Source: Treponemataceae bacterium (GTDB lineage: Bacteria; Spirochaetota; Spirochaetia; Treponematales; Rectinemataceae). From it: 64,000 bases of DNA. This document shows positions 48,340 through 57,589 of the stretch, piece by piece; the stretch's first letter is position 1, and the number at the start of each line of letters is the position of its first letter. Made by a program: the position numbers and the translations under genes. The DNA lies in the NCBI GenBank assembly GCA_963678065.2, contig CAXXVZ010000003.1, forward strand, positions 544,001 through 608,000, given 5' to 3'. The notes below the pieces were generated by a model, which saw only the letters and a list, made by a program, of their open reading frames with translations, ran no database searches and was not told the DNA's origin.

Positions 48340-50142
48340 ATGTCCACCCCATTCAAGGCCATCGGGCCCTATCTGAAAAAACATAAACTTAGATACATCG
48401 CAGGCATCACCTGCCTCGTCATCGTCGATGCCGCACAGGTCCTCATCCCGCGTTTCATCAAAGCGGCCGTGGATCTCGTCTCCGAAGGCGTTTTTGACAT
48501 GGTGGACATTTTCCGTCTTGCCCTCTACATGATTCTGACCGCCGCCGCAATCTCGGCCGGCAGATTTTTGTGGCGCTTTTTCATCATCGGGGCTTCCCGA
48601 CGGATCGAAACAGAGATGCGGGACCGGTTTTTCGCCCACATACTCGGACTCTCGGGCGGTTTCTTTCAGAAAAACAAGACCGGCGATCTCATGGCCCGCG
48701 CGACGAATGACATCGGAGCGGTCCGGCAAGCCCTCGGCATGGGCTTCGTCTCCTTCGTCGACGCGGTTTTCATGTCGGCAATGATCCTCGTCGCGATGTT
48801 CGCGGGGAATTTCAAGGTCGCCCTCTATTCGATCATCCCGCTGCCCTTCATCTCGATCCTCATCTTCTTCTTCGGGCGCATGGTGGGTGGGCGCTTCAAG
48901 AGGGTCCAGGAAGTCTTCTCGAAGATGTCCGACGTCGCCCAAGAGACCATGGCCGGCATGCGTGTCGTGAAAGCCTTTGTGAAGGAAGAGCATTTTACCG
49001 GAGAATTCGCTCGGACGAACGATGAATACTCCTTTGCGACGATGTCGCTCGTCCGGGTCTTCGGTCTGTTTTTCCCACTCGTCAGCTTCTTAGCCGGTCT
49101 CTCCACCCTCATCCTTCTCGCGGTCGGAGGCTCCTCGGTGATCGGCAATACGATGAGCGCCGGCGACATCGTCGCGATGCTCGCCTACCTCGAGATGCTG
49201 ATCTGGCCCCTCATGGGCGCTGGCTTCACGGTCAACACCATCCAGAGGGGCGGGGCGAGTCTGAAGCGACTCTCCGAAATCATGGATACAGTGCCCGACA
49301 TCGACTCCCCCGAAGGCGCGGTCACGAAGACCCCGGAAGGGAGACTCAGTATCGCGGGACTCGACTTCTCCTATCCCGGCATCGAGAAACCGGCGCTCGC
49401 GGGCATCAGCCTCGATCTGGAAAAAGGAAGGACACTCGGCATCCTGGGACGAGTCGGGTCCGGCAAATCCACCCTCCTCAAGCTTCTGCCGCGCCTTGTC
49501 GACCCGCCTCCAGGAACGATTTTCCTCGACGGGATCGACATCAGGCTCTACGACCTGGGCATACTGAGGAAGGCGTTCGGTTTCGTGCCTCAGGATTCTT
49601 TCCTCTTCTCGGACACGGTCGAGGAGAATATCCGCTTCGGCGGCGAGGACCTCTCCGCAGAGCGGTTTGCCCGGATCGCGGCCATCTCCACGATAGACCG
49701 GGATATCGCCACCTTCCCCGCGGGATGGAAGACTGTCGTCGGCGAGAAAGGGCTCACTCTCTCGGGCGGACAGAAGCAGCGGGTCGCGATCTCCCGCGCC
49801 CTGGCCGCCGATCCGGAAGTGCTGGTCCTCGACGACGCACTCTCCGCCGTCGACACGGAAACCGAAGAGAAGATTCTCGCGGCTCTTCTCGATGAAAGAC
49901 GGGGACGGACGAACATCATCGTCTCGCATCGCGTCTCGACCTTACGGCACGCCGACCACATCGTGGTGCTGGATGGAGGAGTCGTGACGCAGAGCGGCAG
50001 CCACGAGGAACTCCTCATGGATCAGGCGGGATTCTACGCGGAAATCGCGCGACTCCAGGAACTCGAGTCCGGAGCGGGGTCCGAAAACCAGAGCTCCGAC
50101 GGGAAAGGCAAGGATTGTGCACCGAGCGGGAAGGGAGCCTGA
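48340..50142 (+). CDS. heterodimeric ABC exporter subunit A (MdlA/YheI-like; TMD+NBD)
   Basis: GDLMARATND, GRVGSGKS, LSGGQKQR, degenerate LDDALSAVD. Confidence 0.92.
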   Translation: MSTPFKAIGPYLKKHKLRYIAGITCLVIVDAAQVLIPRFIKAAVDLVSEGVFDMVDIFRLALYMILTAAAISAGRFLWRFFIIGASRRIETEMRDRFFAHILGLSGGFFQKNKTGDLMARATNDIGAVRQALGMGFVSFVDAVFMSAMILVAMFAGNFKVALYSIIPLPFISILIFFFGRMVGGRFKRVQEVFSKMSDVAQETMAGMRVVKAFVKEEHFTGEFARTNDEYSFATMSLVRVFGLFFPLVSFLAGLSTLILLAVGGSSVIGNTMSAGDIVAMLAYLEMLIWPLMGAGFTVNTIQRGGASLKRLSEIMDTVPDIDSPEGAVTKTPEGRLSIAGLDFSYPGIEKPALAGISLDLEKGRTLGILGRVGSGKSTLLKLLPRLVDPPPGTIFLDGIDIRLYDLGILRKAFGFVPQDSFLFSDTVEENIRFGGEDLSAERFARIAAISTIDRDIATFPAGWKTVVGEKGLTLSGGQKQRVAISRALAADPEVLVLDDALSAVDTETEEKILAALLDERRGRTNIIVSHRVSTLRHADHIVVLDGGVVTQSGSHEELLMDQAGFYAEIARLQELESGAGSENQSSDGKGKDCAPSGKGA

Positions 50143-50147
50143 AGACC

Positions 50148-52247
50148 ATGTCCGACTACTTCGAAAACGACGAAATAACCAAGGGCTACGATTCGCGCAT
50201 CGCGGCGAGGATCTTCGGCTACCTCAAACCCTACAGACTTCTGGCTCTTCTCTGCCTCGTGGCTCTCGCTCTCAGCACGGCCGGCGAGCTCATCATCCCC
50301 ATCATCGTGCGGCGTGCCGTGGACCAATCGCTCATGGTCTCCTGGTTCGAGGTCGACCAATCCATCGAGACGATGCCCGAAGCGCGTCTACTGAAACTGA
50401 ATCCCTCCGACCCGCGACTCGCGGGGAAGATCTATCTCAGGGCTTCACGATTCACCTCGATTCCAGGCGCGCGGAGGACAGAGCTCGAACAGGCCGGGCT
50501 CTATTCGACGAAAGAGTACTACATTCTTGCCGTGGACAAAGCGGATGCCGGGCAGGCAGGCGCCCTTGCCGCTCTCGGCCCTTCCGTCATCTCCGACGGA
50601 ATATACGCGGCTCTGCCTGTAAGTGAGCTGCGCTCCCTGCCCGGGACACAGGCGAAGGCCCTGCGCAAGGCCGATACCGCGCGCATAGCTTCATACATCG
50701 TTTTCCTCCTGGCCTCCCTCGTCGTCGTCCTTGCGGGAACCTTCGTGATGATCTACCTCGCGAGTCTCGTCGCGCTCAGGGTCATGAAGGACCTGCGCAT
50801 CCAGCTCTTCCGCCACACAGCGACACGATCTCTCGATTTTCTCTCCAGGCAACCAGTGGGAAGGCTCGTCACGCGGCTTACGAGCGACGTGGAGACTATC
50901 AACCAGTTCTTCACCGACGTCCTCATCGCTTTCATCAAGGACGCCTCGGTGATGGTGGGCTCGCTCGCCGTGCTTTTCGTGCTCGATTACCGCCTCGCCC
51001 TGGTCGTGACCATATGCCTGCCGCCCGTCCTCATCGGATCGACGATCTCGCGCCGCAAGGCCCGCGATGCCTTCCGCAGACAGAGGCAGTGGACGAGCAA
51101 GGTCAATTCCTTCATCTCGGAGCGACTTTCGGGGGTCAATGTCGTCAAACTCTTCGTGCGCGAGGCCCGTTCGAGGCAGGAGTTCGAGTCCCGCGACCGC
51201 GAACTCATGAAGGCCAACCTGGGGGAGATGTATGTATTCGCGACCTTCCGTCCCCTCGTCGACTTTCTTGGAACTATGACGACGGCGGTCGTGATCTGCG
51301 CAGGCTCCCTCCTTTTCAGGACACACACGCTATCCCTCGGCACAATCATAGCCTTCGTCAACCTCGTTTCGATGTTCTACTCGCCGATCAAGGATCTCGC
51401 GGAAAAATATACACTCCTCCAGAGCGCCATGGCTGGCGGGGAGAGGATCTTCCAGCTCCTGGACCACACAGAGGCCATCGAAGACAGACCCGTGGCTCCG
51501 ATGCCCGCGGTAGTCAGAGGGCACATCGAGTTCAGAAAGGTCTGGTTCGCGTACAAAGGCGATGACTGGGTGCTGAAGGATCTCTCGTTCGCCATCGAAC
51601 CCGGGAAAATGGTGGCCATCGTGGGCTACACCGGGGCAGGGAAAACGACGATAGCCAACCTCGTGCCCCGCTTCTGGGACATACAGAAGGGCGAGATTCT
51701 CGTGGACGGCATTCCCGTCCGCGACCTTCCGCTCGGGGAACTGCGCAGAGCCATCCAGCCAGTGCCGCAGGACGTTTTCCTCTTTTCGGGGACCATCGAG
51801 GACAACATCAAGCTCGGAAGTCCCATCGACGATGAGAGGATGAAGGCTGCGGCCCAGGCCGTGGCCGCGGATGAGTTTATCGAGACACTGCCGGGGAAAT
51901 ACCGGACGATGCTCGCCGAGGGGGCGTCGAACCTCTCCCAGGGGCAGCGCCAGATCCTCTCTTTCGCCCGGGTCCTCGCCCACAATCCCTCGGTCATCAT
52001 CCTGGACGAGGCGACGAGCTCGGTGGATACAGAAACGGAGCGGCTGATTCAAAGGGGGCTCGAAGGCCTGCTCGCCGGGAAAACGAGCCTCGTCATAGCG
52101 CACCGGCTCTCGACGATCCGTCACGCGGACACCATCCTCGTGCTCTCTCGCGGGAGAATAGCCGAATCCGGCACGCACGACGAACTCATCGCCCGACGCG
52201 GCCTGTACTGGAACCTCTACAGGCTTCAGTACGGAGGGGAGTGCTGA
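50148..52247 (+). CDS. heterodimeric ABC exporter subunit B (MdlB/YheH-like)
   Basis: VGRLVTRLTSD, GYTGAGKT, LSQGQRQ, LDEATSSVD. Confidence 0.92.
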   Translation: MSDYFENDEITKGYDSRIAARIFGYLKPYRLLALLCLVALALSTAGELIIPIIVRRAVDQSLMVSWFEVDQSIETMPEARLLKLNPSDPRLAGKIYLRASRFTSIPGARRTELEQAGLYSTKEYYILAVDKADAGQAGALAALGPSVISDGIYAALPVSELRSLPGTQAKALRKADTARIASYIVFLLASLVVVLAGTFVMIYLASLVALRVMKDLRIQLFRHTATRSLDFLSRQPVGRLVTRLTSDVETINQFFTDVLIAFIKDASVMVGSLAVLFVLDYRLALVVTICLPPVLIGSTISRRKARDAFRRQRQWTSKVNSFISERLSGVNVVKLFVREARSRQEFESRDRELMKANLGEMYVFATFRPLVDFLGTMTTAVVICAGSLLFRTHTLSLGTIIAFVNLVSMFYSPIKDLAEKYTLLQSAMAGGERIFQLLDHTEAIEDRPVAPMPAVVRGHIEFRKVWFAYKGDDWVLKDLSFAIEPGKMVAIVGYTGAGKTTIANLVPRFWDIQKGEILVDGIPVRDLPLGELRRAIQPVPQDVFLFSGTIEDNIKLGSPIDDERMKAAAQAVAADEFIETLPGKYRTMLAEGASNLSQGQRQILSFARVLAHNPSVIILDEATSSVDTETERLIQRGLEGLLAGKTSLVIAHRLSTIRHADTILVLSRGRIAESGTHDELIARRGLYWNLYRLQYGGEC

Positions 52248-53263
52248 TGGCAGGGACCGCAGCGTCTCATGGCCATGGCCGGAAAACACAGAGTGAATCC
52301 TGCCCGCTGCCGATGGAGTCCCGCGGGCTGCCTGTCCCGGGCTCATCCACGGAACAGGCAGCCTGGTTCATTGCCGGCTTCCCTTCCGGGCAGGATGCAC
52401 CGCGCCTGATCTTCGAATGTGCCGATTTTCTCGTCGTCCGGAAACCCGCGGGAATGCCCTGCCTGCCCCTCTCAGGGAGAGGTGACAGCCGGGCTGATCG
52501 GTGGTCCATAGAGGGAGCGGTGGCTGGGACCTTAGCCACCGCTGCCCTGGACTCCGTCCGGGACGATGCCCTCCCGACCTCCGGGCAGACGAGCCTGGCA
52601 CAGTGGCTCTGCACAGGATTCCCCGGACTCGCCACCATCCGGATGCCTAGTGGCACAAAGGGACGCGGTTCGGATTTCGGTCTCGTCCACCGCCTTGATT
52701 CCGGCACCTCGGGACTCGTTCTCGTCGCCCGCAATGTTGAAACTCTGTCCGGCTTCCTTGCCTTACAGGAAAAAGATCTCATCCTCAAGGAATACCGCTT
52801 CCTCGCCACCTACTCCGCCGATGGTTTGGTAGGGTCTAAACCAGTCCGCTTCCTGCTGCCGGGCATCTGGCCTCCTTCCGGGCCGATGGCCTACTCGTCG
52901 TCCTGGCCGATAGCCGTCAGTTCGCGCTTCAGGCCGTATGGACCGGGGCGCGCGCGGGTGGCCTGCCTCGCATCCGGAGAACAGGTTCCAGGAACAAAGG
53001 ATCCTACGCGCGAGTCCTATACGACGCTCTTCCTGTCCTGTTCGGAATATGGGAGCTGGCTAAAGACCCCTGTGCTTGACTGCCGAGCGCGCATAACCAA
53101 GGGCTTCCGGCACCAGATCCGGGCGCACGCGGCCTGGATCGGACTTCCCCTCCTCGGCGACAGATCCTACGGTGGCCTTCCGGCCGGCCGACTCTGCCTC
53201 CATGCCCGGAAGATATCGTTCCCCGGTCCCGATGGCTGCATGCTCACATTCGAGGATGATTGA
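52247..53263 (+). CDS. RluA-family RNA pseudouridine synthase (divergent)
   Basis: KPAG, HRLDSGTSG, GFRHQIRAH..IGLPLLGD..YG, LCLHA; start codon uncertain. Confidence 0.85.
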   Translation: MAGTAASHGHGRKTQSESCPLPMESRGLPVPGSSTEQAAWFIAGFPSGQDAPRLIFECADFLVVRKPAGMPCLPLSGRGDSRADRWSIEGAVAGTLATAALDSVRDDALPTSGQTSLAQWLCTGFPGLATIRMPSGTKGRGSDFGLVHRLDSGTSGLVLVARNVETLSGFLALQEKDLILKEYRFLATYSADGLVGSKPVRFLLPGIWPPSGPMAYSSSWPIAVSSRFRPYGPGRARVACLASGEQVPGTKDPTRESYTTLFLSCSEYGSWLKTPVLDCRARITKGFRHQIRAHAAWIGLPLLGDRSYGGLPAGRLCLHARKISFPGPDGCMLTFEDD

Positions 53264-53317
53264 GGTGGTCCCTGTCTATAGTACTTCTTCAGTTACGCAA
53301 CAAGTCTTTTGATTCGC

Positions 53318-53449
53318 ATGCGGGTCCATACCCCGAAGCTCTGCTTCGCTCTTTTTTCCGGCCGGGACTTTCGGGTATGGACCCGCATACAATCCAATTC
53401 CTTGCAGAACGAACGATACCTCGCAGCTCTGCTGCGGGGTTCGTTCATT
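53318..53449. repeat. palindrome cluster at the island edge; candidate non-autonomous IS200/IS605-end remnant
   Basis: 16-bp perfect IR (53318-53333 / 53373-53388); two related hairpins CGAAGC-TCT-GCTTCG and CGCAGC-TCT-GCTGCG; GAACGAAC/GTTCGTTC IR. Confidence 0.55.
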
Positions 53450-54118
53450 TCATTCGTCCGTCAACTGCTGCCCTGTTGCCGAGAGAATCTCCGCCATACC
53501 GTACCTGATATGCTCGCGTATCAACCGCTCGGCGTCATCCTCTTCATTATTCTGGAGCGCATTGATGATCTTCTCGTGCATATCGCTGTAAACACTCGCG
53601 ATTTCGAGGAATCGCGGACTTCTCTGCGCGATGCTGATCAGATTGAAATTTGTTTTATTCATTAGTTCGAGAAGCTTCGCGTTATTGGAATGTTCGATGA
53701 GTGTAGTGTGGAAACTATAGTCTTCCTGGGTACAGGCGGTTTCGTCGCTGCGATTCGCGGCGTCCCTGAAACGCTGGTTGATATCCTGTAATTTCCTTAT
53801 TGCCAAAGAATCTTTGCGCCGGCAAACAAGACGGACAGCCAAGGCTTCCAGCATTTCACGGATCTGGAATACTTCCTCGATATCTTTCGTCGAGATTTTT
53901 CGAACGAAAGTTCCCTTGCGCTTTACGGTCACAAGGTAGCCGTCGTTCTCGAGTCGAGTAAAAGCTTCTTTTATCGGAGTCTGGCTCACACCGAGTTCTT
54001 CCACAAGGCGATTGTAGAGAAGGCGCTCGCCCGGCTTGATTTTGCCCCAAATGATGAGGTTCTTTATCGCGTTGTATGTTTCTTCTCCCAAAGTGGGATG
54101 CTGTATACCCTTCGCCAT
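53450..54118 (-). CDS. GntR family regulator (FCD/FadR-type)
   Basis: PGERL...LVEELGVSQTPIKEAF.RLE.DG...RKGTFV; FCD DYSFH...HEKII..HI. Confidence 0.93.
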   Translation of the reverse strand: MAKGIQHPTLGEETYNAIKNLIIWGKIKPGERLLYNRLVEELGVSQTPIKEAFTRLENDGYLVTVKRKGTFVRKISTKDIEEVFQIREMLEALAVRLVCRRKDSLAIRKLQDINQRFRDAANRSDETACTQEDYSFHTTLIEHSNNAKLLELMNKTNFNLISIAQRSPRFLEIASVYSDMHEKIINALQNNEEDDAERLIREHIRYGMAEILSATGQQLTDE

Positions 54119-54177
54119 AGCGCAAAACCTCTCGCCTCTAGTGTGCCTACCGGAAAGTATCATCTCAAACATTTCTA

Positions 54178-54191
54178 TCTACGTACGTAGA
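54178..54191. promoter_or_regulatory. palindromic candidate operator upstream of gntR
   Basis: Perfect palindrome TCTACGTACGTAGA. Confidence 0.45.
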
Positions 54192-54388
54192 ATAATGTCG
54201 GATTGCCGCAAGTGCATAGTAGTGAATTTATATACACGGATCTGTTCAGTCAGAGTCTGGATATCTTCATAAAACTCTCGAAACCGGATCGGAAAATCCA
54301 GGGCATTGTGGTGTCTCCTGCAGTTCAGCCCAACGCAACAGGTTAGTTCCAGCCAGCTTGAAACTGACCCGCACTTGCTGGACGCTTG

Positions 54389-55432
54389 TCATAAATGGCT
54401 TTCGCGGAAATCCCGGCCAAGATCGCGTGCTTCGCCTACTGTGGGCGTGTGCGTCCAGAGGAGCGTCCCGTTCGTTCCGAAATATTCTACGAGATACCGT
54501 GAATAGGCTTGTAAATCGACGTTTGAACCGAAAGGGAAATCCCAATCGAAGTAGCGCAGGCACAAAGCCGTGTGGCCGCACGCGATCCGTTTGATAAGGG
54601 ATAAATCGTTCTGCGGGGCGACGATGTCGATCCCCACCAAGCCTTCCGTCTCCATCATGGCGGGGAGTGCGTTCCCGACATCGCCGCACGAATGTACCAC
54701 GATTCCGCCGAACTCGCGCGAAAGCAGGTTGTTGTACTGTACTCCGAATTCCCGATAGAGCTCGGGGGAAAGGACAGCGGCGACATCGTCGCTCACCCTG
54801 ATAGCCAAGTCGGGGGGGATGTAGACTGACTCATGGGTAAATGCGAATAGATTATCGATTTTCTCGCGCTCGATCTTGAGGAAATCGATTGTTGCCGCCG
54901 TGACCCGCTCGAGAAGGCGATGAACTTTGTCCGGCGAGAGCATCATGCCCGTGAGAAAGGATCCATACTCCCAAATCAGAGATGCACTGAGGAGCGGCGA
55001 TGGTATGTTGACGCAACGAGTGGAGACGCTCTTTTGCGAGCTAAAGAGTTTGATGCGTTCGAGGGCCAGGGGGAAAAGACCCGAGCGCAGAGGGTCTGGA
55101 GCTTTCAGCGATTCGAGTGCGTCGGCGCCGTCGTCGGTGATCAGGGGTTTGACCCATGGGTCGGCGTTCTCATCCAGCACATACGGGCATCCGAACGCGA
55201 TCGCCATGACGCCGATCCCGATATTCGGCTTGAAGCTTGGAACACTATAATCTTCGACTTCCAGCGAAGCCTCAAGCGCGCTCTTTTGCCGAGCCAGATC
55301 AAAGCCTGGATCGCTCAGCGCGGATCGTGTCGCCTTGAGATTCTCTCCCGCCTCGATGAAAAACGGAACCTCACTCCCGTTCTCGCGGCGCCAGGCTGCC
55401 CGGATGATTGCTTTTTTTTCGTCGTCGTTCAT
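54389..55432 (-). CDS. uroporphyrinogen decarboxylase / MtaA-CmuA superfamily protein of unknown function
   Basis: SPL..A..W, PDKVHRLLE.VT, SDD...LSPELYREF, VVHSCG. Confidence 0.82.
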   Translation of the reverse strand: MNDDEKKAIIRAAWRRENGSEVPFFIEAGENLKATRSALSDPGFDLARQKSALEASLEVEDYSVPSFKPNIGIGVMAIAFGCPYVLDENADPWVKPLITDDGADALESLKAPDPLRSGLFPLALERIKLFSSQKSVSTRCVNIPSPLLSASLIWEYGSFLTGMMLSPDKVHRLLERVTAATIDFLKIEREKIDNLFAFTHESVYIPPDLAIRVSDDVAAVLSPELYREFGVQYNNLLSREFGGIVVHSCGDVGNALPAMMETEGLVGIDIVAPQNDLSLIKRIACGHTALCLRYFDWDFPFGSNVDLQAYSRYLVEYFGTNGTLLWTHTPTVGEARDLGRDFRESHL

Positions 55433-55459
55433 AGAATGACTGTCTTTTCTGCCACTGTG

Positions 55460-56293
55460 CTATTCGGAAAATCCGAACATGCGGGCAACGTTGCCGCCCA
55501 TGACGCCGCTGCGCACGGTCTCAGGCAACTGCAGGTCATCGAAAAGACGATGGTACTGCTCCATGCTGTAGCCCATTTCCCGCACAGGCACATCGGTACC
55601 GAAACAAATTCGGTCGAAGGGATTGCTGAGCGTATAGTGCGTGTCCTTGTCCCTCGCCAGCCTGGCCATTCGTTCTGGAGTCCACCAGAGTACTTCGTTG
55701 AACCAATCCGCGTTTTTCCGCGCCAACAGTGTCCCGGAAAGATCGAAATAGACATTGGGATTCCAGAACAGCGTCATCGCAGCTTCTTCGTACCATGGGT
55801 TCCCCAAGTGAGCGCCGATGATCTTCAGAGTGGGGAACCTGCGCGCGATGCGATCGAGAAAAATGGGTCTCAGCCTGCTGGAGTCGATATCGTAATACTG
55901 GTCTTCTTCAGCGCGCATCACGGTGCCTGTGTGGAAAAGCATGACCATATTGCGGGCGCAAGCCCTCGCGTAGTACTCCATGAGCCGGTCATCGTTGTAG
56001 TTGTATCTGGTCCTGGTGACCTTGAGGCCGCGACAGCCCATCATGGCCAGTTCATCCACCATCGTGACGGGGTCGACTCCCAAGTCGATATAGCCGAAGG
56101 GGATGATCCTGTCAGGGTATCGGGCGTAGGCGGCCATCAGCTGCGAATTGGTTGCGGCCCTGCTGCCCCAAATCGGAATGCTCTGCATGGCGAGCAGGCA
56201 GACTTTGTCGATGCCCAAGCGGTCCATTTCCGCGACGATCTTGTCGACGTGATCCGGTTCACTCAACAGATGCACATGACAGTCTATTACCAC
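55460..56293 (-). CDS. amidohydrolase_2 family metalloenzyme
   Basis: IDCHVH, FHTG, GAHLG, YFDLSG, FGTD. Confidence 0.9.
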   Translation of the reverse strand: MVIDCHVHLLSEPDHVDKIVAEMDRLGIDKVCLLAMQSIPIWGSRAATNSQLMAAYARYPDRIIPFGYIDLGVDPVTMVDELAMMGCRGLKVTRTRYNYNDDRLMEYYARACARNMVMLFHTGTVMRAEEDQYYDIDSSRLRPIFLDRIARRFPTLKIIGAHLGNPWYEEAAMTLFWNPNVYFDLSGTLLARKNADWFNEVLWWTPERMARLARDKDTHYTLSNPFDRICFGTDVPVREMGYSMEQYHRLFDDLQLPETVRSGVMGGNVARMFGFSE

Positions 56294-56305
56294 GACAGTC
56301 TCCTT

Positions 56306-57589
56306 CTATTTCGGCGCGGAATTCCGCGTCGAGGGTATCATGCTGCAAGCATTCTTCAGAACGGCGATCTCTGCGCCGGGGCCGAGCCTGGCGCGAGCTT
56401 CATCGATGGCTTCGGACACGGTGAAAGATGATCGCAACCCCACACGTTTCAGAAGGTCGCGATCAAGACCGGGGGAGACAATCAAAAGCTCCCCCCGCTC
56501 CAGAATGCGCCCCAACGCAGCGAGGTGGCAGGCGATGGTGAGGTTCTCGAAACTGCCCTCGTTGACTCTACGGACTACCTCGGAATAGGGCAGATAGCCA
56601 GTCTTCATGATCTGCCGACCATGCGCGCCGAGTCCTTCCGGGCAGGGCGTTGCGAGGATGATTGTGCCGCCGGGCCGCACGACCAATTCGGCGACCGATA
56701 TCCCCTTGCACGCTTGCCACAGGTCGATATCGAAAGGGTAGGAATCTACCACTACGATATCCGCGCTCTGTACGGTCACTGAAGCCATCCGGCGGACTTC
56801 TTTGCACCCCTCCATGAATGCGGCCCATGGATCGCCTGCGAAAAAGCGATAGGGTCTGCCGTCTGTGCCGAGCACGACATTGAGGATGAAGCGCAAACCC
56901 GCTTTTTCGCCTATCGCATGCATCTCGCGCCTGATGGGATTATCCGCGATCCCGTAGAGTGCCTTTCCCTCACTGCTCCAGCCCCTCCAGTGCACTGAAG
57001 CGGTGATCTGTTCGCCGCAAATTCCCGGCTGTACCATTTTCGAACTTCCGGAAAAACCGGCGACACGATGAGGTTCAATGCAGCCGACGGCGATAATGAA
57101 GTCGTGTTCCCGCACCATCCTGTTCACGAGAACCGGCGTCCCATCCTCGGCCGCGCCCAGGGAAACCAGATTTTCCCTGTCGCAGGCGTTGTGGTTCACG
57201 ATCTTGACGCGGTTCACCGCAGCCTCTCCGAATCGATCCCGGATCTCTCTCGTATCCATCCCGCGATGCAGGCCGGTAGCGATCACTACGCAGATATCCT
57301 CTGACCTGATTCCTGACTCCCCGAGCGCGGAAAGCAGAGCTGGCAGTATGCGTCGCTGAGGCGTTGGGCGCGTCATATCGTCGACGAGAATAAGGACTTT
57401 TTTCGCCGATGAGTCGCGCAACATCGTAGCCAATGGAGGACAGCCCGCAGGCTTTTCCAGACAGTCCCGGACAGCTTCCTCCAGCGATTGGGATACGAGA
57501 GAAGTATGCTCTCCAGGCTCATATACGGTGCAGTTTGGCAGGGACTCTGTATCGAGCGCCTCAACCCACGGATAGGGAAAACGGTACAT
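56306..57589 (-). CDS. LarA-family nickel-pincer racemase/epimerase
   Basis: VDDMTRP, ATGLHR, NHN, EPH..AGFSG..K...PG, DLWQACKG, CPEG.G. Confidence 0.92.
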   Translation of the reverse strand: MYRFPYPWVEALDTESLPNCTVYEPGEHTSLVSQSLEEAVRDCLEKPAGCPPLATMLRDSSAKKVLILVDDMTRPTPQRRILPALLSALGESGIRSEDICVVIATGLHRGMDTREIRDRFGEAAVNRVKIVNHNACDRENLVSLGAAEDGTPVLVNRMVREHDFIIAVGCIEPHRVAGFSGSSKMVQPGICGEQITASVHWRGWSSEGKALYGIADNPIRREMHAIGEKAGLRFILNVVLGTDGRPYRFFAGDPWAAFMEGCKEVRRMASVTVQSADIVVVDSYPFDIDLWQACKGISVAELVVRPGGTIILATPCPEGLGAHGRQIMKTGYLPYSEVVRRVNEGSFENLTIACHLAALGRILERGELLIVSPGLDRDLLKRVGLRSSFTVSEAIDEARARLGPGAEIAVLKNACSMIPSTRNSAPK

